Assembly: GCA_000934665.2 (NCBI GenBank)
Contig: JYFJ02002026.1
Location: forward strand, 44,268 to 64,267
Direction of reading: 5' to 3'
DNA length: 20,000 nucleotides
From: Catajapyx aquilonaris
Taxonomy: Eukaryota
The notes under the pieces: model-generated
Database searches by the model: none
What the model saw: the letters and a program-made list of their open reading frames with translations, nothing else
Told to the model about the DNA's origin: nothing
Made by a program: the position numbers and the translations under genes
In this document: positions 1-10,040 of the stretch, piece by piece
Position numbering within the stretch: position 1 is the first letter of the stretch
How the letters are laid out: every line of letters begins with the position of its first letter

Positions 1-987
1 GGGAGGGAAGGAAAGAAAAGGTGACAGCACGTGCCGCCCACGGAATAGAAAATGGCAATTTTACCTTTCCAGAATTAACACGAGCTCTTTGTATAGTCCA
101 ATAAGAGAAATGGATTAAACTGAAATGGGAAAAGTTTTTAAAACGAATCACTTGTAGGCGAAAAAGTGAGAAGGAGGCTAATGAAGTATTTGCCTTGTAC
201 CGAGCACTGAGGTCATCAAGATGGGAGTCACGCTCTGTGATACGCGAAATTTTCGCGTGTCATTTCGTTACTCAATGCGTGCCGTCACGTGCGAGATACG
301 GAAATTTGGCCAACCGAGAAAACGGGGCCAACCGCTGTAATTCGAAATAACCACAGGGCGATCGCGGGGAATGATATCGCCCGATTTCCACGGGAAAAAA
401 ACTGATGGCTCCCAGGTGTCACATCGACGACAAGTATTATCGAAAATTACTGGCACCCATTTTTGGGGGGGTATCTACATAGCATCTATTAGCAAAAAGC
501 ACTGTCCTACAGTCCAAAATTCGTAAGAGAGGAATATATGGCGACTTTGCAACTGTAAGCTTCTACAGCATAAGTAAGCAACAGCCTGCGTACAAAGCCA
601 GAGCGTATAGCTTACCTGCAAACAATGGCTCATTATATACGTTAACATGAGCGTACAGTGTAACTAGATCAAAACATGAACCATTGTGACCGATGCTAAC
701 ATGTATAATATATATGTATTATGCGCTTCCCGAGTGATTTAATTGTTTGTTCATCGCATTCAAAGAAACTAGAGTAATTCTGAAAACGGAGAGCTATTTA
801 ATGAAATATGCTTAAATTTTTTTTTTTACTTCCACCCACTGGAATCGACCCCCAGCCCCCCCGTTGCTTCGTTCCCCATCTCCGGCATGAAAATTTAATT
901 TCTGTATTGCTGACGCGGCAGGGTTCACTCGGAATGAATCCACACAGGTTCTCTTTTGCCGCTCCCAGGACTCGAATCGATTCCTAT

Positions 988-1015
988 TTCTTCTTCTTCT
1001 TCTTCTTTTTTTTTT
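988..1015. repeat. (TTC)6 microsatellite followed by T10
   Basis: Read directly from the sequence. It explains the poly-F and poly-R runs in the overlapping ORFs. Confidence 0.9.
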
Positions 1016-2153
1016 CACCCTCCCCTCCCACAAGAAGCCCCCCAAAAAACGGGGCTTGCTACCTATTTAATTTAGTTCCTCCAGGCCCTTTCCCCCATTT
1101 TGAGGTTGTCAGTAACTTTTTTTTCCCTCCATCGTCTCTCCTTCGTTTTTTCTCCCCTACGAAGATGTGATAACCGGAGCAGATACAGCACCATTTGCGA
1201 ATTAGGAACCGGGTGGAACTACCTTCAAAAATTATTGTAATTCACTCTGCTGCTGCGGGGCTCGGGGCTACTCTTTTTTATAGTGGCGTGCTCGATGCCA
1301 TTTCGTGACAGAAGAGACGACAACGACATGGTCTCAAATTGTGGGTCTGGGATTAAAAGAGTGGACACCCGCGTAATCAACAACCGTCCACTCTTCAGGA
1401 TATTTTCCTGGTCACTTGTTTACCTCACTCGTCCGCAATTTGGTGCAACAAATTCGCAAAAGAAAACTGTTGGGTACGGAAGCCTTATTCTTCGAGAGTC
1501 TAGATTGTATTTCCAGTCCCTGTAGAAGTAGAAGGAAAAAAGAATCCGCTGATGAAGTAGTCTCATTCTGGACGAGAAAAGCCTTTATTAAACGCGTGCG
1601 TAATTGGAAAAGTTGTCTGGCAGTTTGAAAGGGGGTCTGATCCGATTAAGACATTCCCACAGTTTGTCCACCTTTGATCATTTCATTCCAAGACCAGCCC
1701 CAGCAGTCTCTGGAAGGTTAACAAGAAGCTAGACGTTAATGAGACGGAGGTCCTAAGCAACGAGGCAGCCGGAAGTACCACCAAGTTTTTTTATTTTTCT
1801 TGGCAGAAGTCGTCTCTATTCCTCCCCGGAAGTTGAATCACGAGACCAGGCTTATTTTTAAGCCTTTTGATAGTTTAGATGTCAGCGCCACGTTTGCCTG
1901 GATATGTTTTCAAGCCGCATTAACCCGACGTTGATGCCCAGCAGCAACGAGTCACGAAAATAAGTAAGGTTTTTCACATCACTGCAAAAATGTCAACACG
2001 GCTTACCTGATGCTTTTATCCAATTAGTTAAATGGCTGGGCTTACACGACGGGGTAGTGTACTGCCTCAAACTAGTTTCTGTATGTACCAAATGTACGTA
2101 GATCCGGATTTATGTTTAAAAAAATTCGACATGCTCAAACTGGTACGCGGGAT

Positions 2154-2204
2154 TTCGAAAACAAGACACTTTTTGCAGGGGGCAAAAAGTGTTGTGGTTT
2201 CGGA
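2154..2204 (+). other. Long imperfect hairpin (23-position stem, 5-nt loop)
   Basis: Perfect core ACACTTTTTGC-AGGGG-GCAAAAAGTGT (2166-2192), extending to 2154/2204 with 2 mismatches and 2 G-U pairs on the + strand. Confidence 0.7.
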
Positions 2205-2964
2205 TTATTGTTCCGAGTTACGTAAAATGGACTTACGTACACATAGGGTTTTCGGAAATACTTTTTCGGCACTGTACCCTTCTGCAGCCTTAGTTGTTCA
2301 TCGGGTTTCCGGCGGAGGGTCTCGAGTAAATACCGCACTCAGACGTGATATGAAGTGCCGGACCATAACTCGGAATCAGACGCGTGCCCAGCTTTCTTCG
2401 GCCGTTATTTTCGGTCGCACGTTGCTACCGGTGGGCGCGTGACCCGTGTTCCGAACGCGGCATTGTCTATGAAGTAAAGTCACGTACGAATCCCCAAAGC
2501 AACGGGCATCGCCAAGCCGAGCGGAGGCAAACAAGAGACCACCTGGGTTTTGCAGGTAGATTCAAAGATTTTATTCCCCCTCCCTTCTTTTTGGCTGTGG
2601 TCGTGACACGGGTCGTAAGGTTCATCTGGATACGGGGGGGCATCTGATGAACATTGGACGTGAGTCGCGTGTCTGCCCTGCCAGGCCTCGCGATTCATCA
2701 TCGTTTTCTAGGGTGGGTGGCGAGGAGTCCCTGACAACTTGGGGTTGCGGCGCCGACGAATCTGTGTGTGCAACTGGGCGTGGCCTCGTATCCCCCCCAC
2801 CCCCATCTGGATAATAATATACGAGGGGTCGATGCCCACCCATCCACCTACCCATTTTTATCATACAGGGTGGGCCAACAAGCCTGAAACTACTAAAAAC
2901 TCTGATTGATTTACCCAATTCGCAGATAGTAACAAATATTAAGTTACTTGTAGCAGTCCAAATA

Positions 2965-3657
2965 ACTGCTTATTATGTCGGGTCGGAAAAAGCAATATTA
3001 CGGCCCCTTCAGAGTAAGCAGTTGTTTTCGACTGCTTATTGTGTGGGGGTCGGAAAAACCTGACAGCTACTGCATTTTTCGGCCCCTTCAGAGTAAGCAG
3101 TTGTTTTCGACTGTTTATTGTGTGGGGTCGGAAAAAGCTGACAGCTATTGCATTTTTCGGGCCCTTCAGAGTAAGCAGTTGTTTTCGACTGCTTATTGTG
3201 TGGGGGTCGGGAAAAGCTGACAGCTATTGCATTTTTCGGCCCCTTCAGAGTAAGCAGTTATTTTCGACTGCTTATTGTGTGGGGGTCGGAAAAAGCTGAC
3301 AGCTATTGCATTTTTCGGCCCCTTCAGAGCAAGCAGTTATTTTCGACTGCTTATTGTGTGGGGGTCGGAAAAACCTGACAGCTATTGCATTTTTCGCCCC
3401 CTTCAGAGCAAGCAGTTATTTTCGACTGCTTATTGTGTGGGGTCGGAAAAACCTGACAGCTATTGCATTTTTCGGCCCCTTCAGAGTAAGCAGTTGTTTT
3501 CGACTGCTTATTGTGTGGGGTCGGGAAAAGCTGACAACTATTGCTTTCTTCGGCCCCTTCAGAGTAAGCAGTTACTTTCGACTGCTTATTATGTGGGGTC
3601 GGAAAAAGCTGACAGCTATTGCTTTTTCGGCTCCTTCAGAGTAAGCAGTTACTTTCG
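2965..3657. repeat. Tandem repeat (minisatellite), 77-79 bp unit, 8 full copies plus one internally deleted 66-bp copy
   Basis: Units start at 2965, 3031, 3110, 3188, 3267, 3346, 3425, 3503 and 3581. Consensus ACTGCTTATTGTGTGGGGGTCGGAAAAAGCTGACAGCTATTGCATTTTTCGGCCCCTTCAGAGTAAGCAGTTATTTTCG. Copies differ by only a few substitutions or 1-nt indels. Confidence 0.97.
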
Positions 3658-3739
3658 ACCACTACATGTAACCTATTATTAGAAATGAGTTTAAAATAGC
3701 CGAATTTAAACGAGAAGTGCTTCATTGTTGGACCAGAAT

Positions 3740-3910
3740 CAGTTCAAATAACTGCTAATTATGTGAAGCCGAAAAAAGTCGACAGCCATTGCGTTTTTCG
3801 ACCCCCCCCTAAGAGTAAGCAGTTATTTTCGACTGTTATACGTAACCTAATATTATTATGAATGGTTTAAAACAGGCGGATTTATACGAGAAGTGCTTTA
3901 TTGTTGGACT
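3740..3910. repeat. Diverged duplicate of the element's right half (lead-in, one repeat unit, right arm)
   Basis: CAGTTCAAATAACTGCTAATTATGT (3740-) matches CAGTCCAAATAACTGCTTATTATGT (2954-). A solo unit lies at 3751-3831. 3840-3910 (GTAACCTA...CGAGAAGTGCTTTATTGTTGGAC) matches 3666-3733 (GTAACCTA...CGAGAAGTGCTTCATTGTTGGAC). Confidence 0.9.
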
Positions 3911-6900
3911 ACCCTGTATTAGGACCAGACACTTATCAAGCTCTGCCGGAAATGGGGGAGGGAGGGAAGGGGGAACAAAAAGGGACACGCGTGTTGGGAG
4001 GGGAAGATTCCGTGGGTCCAACCTGGTTATTTTCGGTGTCCAAATTCCTGTCATCCGACTTTTTCTGCTTCCATTCAATGCCTGGCTGCGTATCGATCAA
4101 ATTTGTTGTTTGGCCCAAAAATTGCGGAGTCGCCGTAAAAAAAAACATTTTGCAGACTTTTTTTTGCCGCAGTGCACCTTAGCCAGTTTACCTATCTATC
4201 AATATATTGTGATCGGTCGTTATATAGAGAAGCGGGCCAGACAGGCTTGTTTATACTTCAACTCGGTGGGTTGACTGCCTTCCTAAAATGCAATAACCTT
4301 CCTGAAATTTGCCTGGGTGACATTTGACGTGTGGCGGCGTCTTCCTTCCGATGCCGGAAGGTCGACCGATCGAAACTGGATATTGGCAATCAATGAACGT
4401 CGCCTTCCAGGTAAAAAAAATATATAAAAAAGTGACACACAACAGTGCGGCCAAGTCCTGGGTGATCCCGATTTCTCCGCAATTTTCCTGTGTGACAGCA
4501 AGGATTCGTAGTTGATGGATGGGGGGGTTCATTTTATCCCCAAGTTTTTTCCGCGTCGCAAATTACATTTTGTCTGGTCCCACGGAGGCAAAAGTAGTTA
4601 TATTTTTGCGGTGTCCAAGTTGTGCCGAGCTTGAAGCGATCTTTTAGATCCGGCGGAATGGTTTGTTCCAAGTTTTTTTTTCTCCCCCTTGTGGAAGCGG
4701 GTGTTGGGGGGAAGGAGTTGGGGGGGGGGCTAATGCGCTGTTTTATTCGAGTCTGGAAACGCCATACCGGGGCATCTAGGAAGAAAAGTAGGGCCTTTTG
4801 GTGGGTGGCTGCCGAGGCGTGTCGCCGACCCTTTTTCTCTGGAGAAATGAGTGTCACATATCGGTCCAAGCGCCAATTTTGGGCTCTGCAGAGGTTACGA
4901 ACCCCATGTATTAAGTCCAGCCCACTGCAGTGTATGACAAAGCCTGGTTCTGTAGCTATGTACTGTTTTGGGAGACAGTACAGCGAGTTGCTCTTGCAAT
5001 AGCAGTGACCAAATCGCTGCTACCGGCCGAGTTGTGCAGAAAATATTTTTACATCGCCTTTTTGCATTATTTGAGCCAGTGACAAGGTGCAATTGAACCA
5101 CGTGATTAAAGTGAGGCGTTTCCAGACTCTCATTACAAGCTGTGGAGAGGAGCCGAACGGAGACCAATCCACCACAAAGCTCACTAATCGCTTCCCATTA
5201 ATCCGGCTTTTATCCTGACTCTTGAAGCTACCAGGAAGCCCCCTTTTGTTTTAAAGGGAAGTCTATAACCCCCCCCTCGTAGCCTGTCCGTTATCCCAAC
5301 TTTTATAACAATGTTCTCAAACTGTGCGTTTGTGATTTTCCTCCAATACTTTTGGTAACAACTCACGAGTGTTGGAGGAAAATCACAGTGTGCGTCACAT
5401 TTTTTTAAAGCAAAATTCTTGGTGGATGTACTTGGTAATGTACAGTACTGAGCCTGAGGGGATGCGGTACCACCAACACCACACCAAAGCAGCGGCCTAT
5501 GTGTTACAAACTTCCCAANCCCCCCCCCTCCGGAACATCCGCTTCGAGCTAGGCTTATTTTTTTATCAATTTTTGAGTAGGAGATTAGGAAGATGGCGAG
5601 GGCTTGTGGTCAGCAGAGCGGACGCTGGCCGGCTGGTGCAAAGGGAAAAGGGGAGAGATGTTAGGGAGATCCTGCATAAATCACCAGATCCTCCGGGCCA
5701 GCATCCGGTAGGCGTCGCGGGCGGACCCGAATTTTGAGGGCCTTATTTTCCGGAGCGGGGTCACACCTTAATGGCTTCCAACTTCTTGAGCCGACTCCAT
5801 CTTTGAACTTTTTTTTTTTTCCTTCTCAACCAGGGAGGAAGCGCCTGGAATAAATGAGCCATTAGACGTTCTTCGTTTCCGAGGTGGTTACTAGGAATGA
5901 GGGTCATCTAGGAGATGTGTATCCGGCGTAATTGGGAAGGAGCGGAGTCTGGGAACATCTTAACGCAGATGGGATAGGGTTGGGAGGGGAAAATTACGGG
6001 CAAAAATGGCGAGCTAGGAGAGAAAAAAAACGACTGCATCTTACTAACTCCAGGTGAAATTGGCTCCACTAGGATTTGCATTCTTGGCTCCAGGCTTGTG
6101 TCAGCTTGGGTTGTTCTTCACGTGAGGGTGAACAGTATAATATACACTCTAATTATTCTAATTGCGAATTTTTATAAACACCTCTCCGCCTAAGGGAGTG
6201 AAATGTGCACTGTGCCGAAAGTAGTTACATGTACACATTTTTTCCCATCATACGAACAGCAGTGTGGAGACGTGTAGAGTGTAGTTAAAATTTGCGATGC
6301 ATTTGGTGTACAGGCAATATTTTGAATGATAATAAGCGAAATATATTGATCCTTGTTACAGTTTTTTTTGCACAAAATAAGGCATGAAATAAACCATCCT
6401 TTTTCCTAGAATTCGAAAGCCACTAATTATTCTTCTTCATGCTGTCAGCTCCGTCTGACTGACTTATCCAGATTATTGCATCCAATTTTCTGGCGAGTTC
6501 TTCAACTAAGCGGATTGTACTGTAGCTGATTTGCTTGAGAGCACTTGTTTGAACACTTGAGTTTTCGAACTGCCTGAGTTACAGTAATCATTTAGACTTT
6601 TTTTTTGTAGCTTTTAAGATTCACGTGCGCGCCTGAAGTTTTTTTTTTAAATCGAGACACTTAAGCTTAAATCACGAGTACAGTTGGGCGTAACCACTAT
6701 AGATTCAGGTGAGTGTGCCGCACGATGGGATTCAAAAAAATAATAGAAGCGTTGAGAGGCAGGCCTGAAGCTAATGCACTCTGAAGGCTCGCTCTAGTAC
6801 TTTGCAAGCAGACACACCTACACACGTATATGCACACACACTCTCTCCTGCATGCATAATAACGGTCCAGGCATTATTCACAAACCCAACCCCCCCTCTA

Positions 6901-9900
6901 CGTCCACCTCTCTTATTCAAGTACAGTAGCCGAAATATACACACACAAGCTGTGGATGGGGGGGCTTACGAGCTGTGTGCGCTGTAACCGCATTGCATTA
7001 TGAGAAAATGCACTTTGCCCTTGTTTGTTTTCATCAACTACTGTTATCAAAGCTTTTCCCACAGTGCACCGTCATGCCCACCAAATTCGTCGGAACCGAG
7101 TGACTGAGTGATGAACTGAGTTTTCAGCAACCAGAGTCAATAACCAGGAAGTTGAACGGAGTAGGACACGTTTTTCGGAGCGGTTTTAGAGGAGCCGGTT
7201 AGGCTCGTACCGGTTAAAAAAATTATTGCGAATTTGCAGTAAAAAGTGTTGATTGAACCATGGTGTAAAGCTTGGAGCGAAAACGCCAGTTTTGCATATA
7301 AGTGACATCAACGAGAATGTCGCCTCGAAATGATATCATTTCGAGTGTTGTTGCCAAAAAAAAATTTGCAAAATCGGAATTGTCCAGCCTGGATTTTCGC
7401 AACCATCTCCACTAAAATGATGCCATTTTTGGAAGCGCCCCTTTATTGCGAATTTAAGATTTGCTCTCTTTTGTATACATAATGCGAATGCATATTTGCC
7501 CCCCCAAAAATTTCGCAGCCCACTCGGCGTGTTACAGTGCACTGTCAACAACCTCCGCATACTACCGGATTTTTGTTTTTTTTTGAAGCTAATGCCAAGC
7601 GACGCCATTCATGTGGGCGTCGGAAATTACTACCGGCGTTGTAAATGGCGTGCGAATCACGTCGTCACACCTTGTTTATCATGGCCTGTTGTCACTACGA
7701 CGAGAGGTAATAACCGTTGACGTCCAAGGTCGATGGTGTCCCCAATTGTCTAATTTACACCGATTATTGGCAAGTCCGGGACATTGTTGATTTTGGGACC
7801 AGTAATTTCCACCTGGTAAACCGGCCAGCTGCTGAACAAAAAAAAAATCGCGAAAAAATTCTGAACTTGCAATTGCAGCTTTAAAATAAAATGGAGGCAA
7901 AACTGCAGCCCCGGATTCATTACAGGAGGAAACACTTCGGGTAGGCTCCCAATTGCTCCTCTTTGCACACTACATTAGCCTGATTGTAATCCTGGGAAAT
8001 GTACGCCTCTCTTTTTAATTATCCGCCATTGTGCATCCTGAGATTGACTCTTTTTTTTGGCAAATCCTGGCCATTGTTCCTGTAGAAAATTCATTCCCGT
8101 GTCGAATGGAGAGGATGAGTAGGGAAATAGTTGTCAAGACGATGGGCCTCTTCCCAGCGTATAAACTTGGGGCGTAACGACGGCCTTTTTTTTTTACACC
8201 TCATGAAAGAGCGTTATGGGAAGCGGAAGATGATATCGTGCCACTTCCTCACAAGAACAAGACCTCAAAGGCTATAAAAACCTGAAAAAAAGCTTTTGCA
8301 TCCATCGCAATTTTTTTTTTTGCTGCGGAAAGACGATTGAACACACAAGATGCAATAGTGCCCAAGAAAAAAAAAACCAGGATCAAAGCGAGTGTGTGTA
8401 TAGGTATTTGATCAAACTTTTTTTTCTACTTCTTCTTCATTCCCCGGGTGTGTTTGGAAAGTACAAAAAGCAATCTTGGAGTCGTCGGTCCGGTGTGATA
8501 GATTCTGGTTTGGAGGATTCGCTTCGAATTCCGAATGTGCTCAAAAAAATTTTTTTGGTGTCTGTGCGCGCCAAACCGCTCAATTGTGCAGCCGAAGATT
8601 GCGACAGATGTCAGGGTACTTTAGAAATCTTTCTGCGATGTTGAGGGACGTGGCGAAGAACAAAAAAAAAAGACGCATTAGTTGTCGCGATATATCCGGA
8701 CCAGATTTCTCTTTCTTTTCTTGTTCCTCTATAATGGTTTTTTTTGTTCTCCTTTTCTTGCCAATCTTTTTTAGCGTGTCGGTTTCGGTGTCGCGAACAG
8801 ACATGTGCCTATATCCTTTTTGTCTGCGACATTATCAGGTAGGATTTCGGACCAGAAATAGGTTCGGTAAAAATAATCAAAGATGGCAGAGTCGATGCGT
8901 CACACGGTTGTAAGGTGAAGCGCGTGGATACCAAGTGTTGCCAAATGCAATAAAAAGACATGGAATTCGCGAAAAAAACTGCAAACATACAGGGTGTGCT
9001 ACAAACTGGACCAAACGCCGAGTGAACAGCATCGTTTGTGGATCTGATACAGCCTACGACCCTTCCATCCCCTAGGCCTACTTTTGCGCCTGTCAATTGG
9101 CACCTGCGGGCTCTTAGAAGAGTTAGAAAGTGAAGCACAGTGTTAGTGATTTACTGGAGTCTTAGAAACCGTTAGGAAATGGCCCGAAGCCCTGAAAGAT
9201 TCCAGTCAAAAGATTTCTGTCGGAAATTGGTTTTGAGGGCGGAGGAGAGAAAAAAATGGCGGCCACTATATAGAGAGGTACAGGGTGTTGCCAGTTGCAT
9301 GGAAGGTTCTTCTGAGTTGCCACTTGTGGACATCTTCGGGTACAAATTGCTGTGGGGTACAAGTGCCGAGATCCTGACTTGGGTATTGATCCGCATGTCT
9401 GATGGCGAGGGAGGAGGAGGGGTGGGCCACGTTGCCAATTTTGGAGCCCCCCCAAGTCTGTTCGGGGTGGCATCGGTTCCACCTATCCTTTTGTTAACCG
9501 GACACTGCAAGAGAGCTGTGTCCATGGTTAAAATTGTACGTTTCAGCAACTACCAAACTCCCATTAGTGCCAAAAACGGTCGAATCGAACCGCAATTTTC
9601 GCAGCCACATGTCGCTGACCGGATCAACTAAATCGCCATAACTGGACCTTCCACACAATATGGCCGATTGTTTATCAATTTTTAGTCCTCTCTTATTGCA
9701 AAATTGTCAATGGAGTGCACCAGAATTGGGATGCCATTTTCCTTACTTTTCCTCTCAGGCTGAATAAGCGAAGCGGGTAAGGTTACTCGAATTGAAGCCC
9801 ATTTTTTTGTTATCTATTGGAAGATGGATTGGTAGCTCGTTTGCCTTATCGGATCCTGCGGCTCGACTGAGAAATGCACACTATTGGCTCTTCTCCGCCT

Positions 9901-10007
9901 GGTACTATCCGGATGGAAGCAACAACAAGGCCTTCTTTTCCACCTCTTTTCTGCCTACCCCTTTTTGGTCGATACCTTTCTTCCCCAGCATCCCTCGAAA
10001 GAGAGGA

Positions 10008-10040
10008 GAAGAAGAAGAAGAAGAAGAAGAAGAAGAAGAA
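10008..10040. repeat. (GAA)11 microsatellite
   Basis: Perfect 33-bp run with GAGAGGA on both sides. It explains the poly-E, poly-R and poly-S runs in three overlapping ORFs. Confidence 0.95.

Larger units (their letters stand above)
2866..3916. mobile_element. Non-autonomous Tc1/mariner-like foldback element (MITE) with internal tandem array
   Basis: Left TIR CAGGGTGGGCCAACAA (2866-2881) vs reverse complement of 3901-3916, CAGGGTAGTCCAACAA: 14/16 identical. TA lies directly outside both ends (2864-2865, 3917-3918), the Tc1/mariner target duplication. Inner inverted arms 2935-2972 and 3816-3854 match at 33/39 by hand alignment. No transposase ORF. Confidence 0.8.

Noticed and set aside
610..625. 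Minus-strand TTGTTTGCAG|GTAAGC, resembling a recursive splice site
   Set aside because: The pyrimidine tract is short and no - strand host gene is evident. A single motif cannot be supported.
808..1170. Poly-Phe and poly-Arg ORFs
   Set aside because: Translation of the (TTC)n/T-run microsatellite.
2965..3657. CRISPR array interpretation of the regular palindromic repeats
   Set aside because: The sequence between palindromes is near-identical in every unit, so there are no unique spacers. There are no cas genes and the context is eukaryotic.
2975..3682. Five overlapping repetitive ORFs (e.g. CVGSEKADSYCIFRPLQSKQLFSTAY)
   Set aside because: By-products of the tandem array. Units of 77-79 bp shift frame, so the same peptides appear in all three frames.
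4339..4380. GC-rich hairpin CCTTCCG-ATGC-CGGAAGG as a Helitron 3' end or terminator
   Set aside because: It is not followed by CTRR|T or by a U-tract. A 7-bp stem is expected by chance.
5519..5519. Single N next to a poly-C run (also at 13829)
   Set aside because: An assembly or base-calling artefact rather than biology, though contiguity across these points should be treated with caution.
8775..8838. Candidate 64-nt exon (TTTTAG...CAG|GTAGGA)
   Set aside because: Not a multiple of 3, no recognisable peptide, and it sits in low-complexity, hairpin-containing sequence.
8988..9013. Solo TA-CAGGGTG TIR-like starts (also near 9279 and 13533)
   Set aside because: No matching inverted partner was found in the window, and the matches are short.
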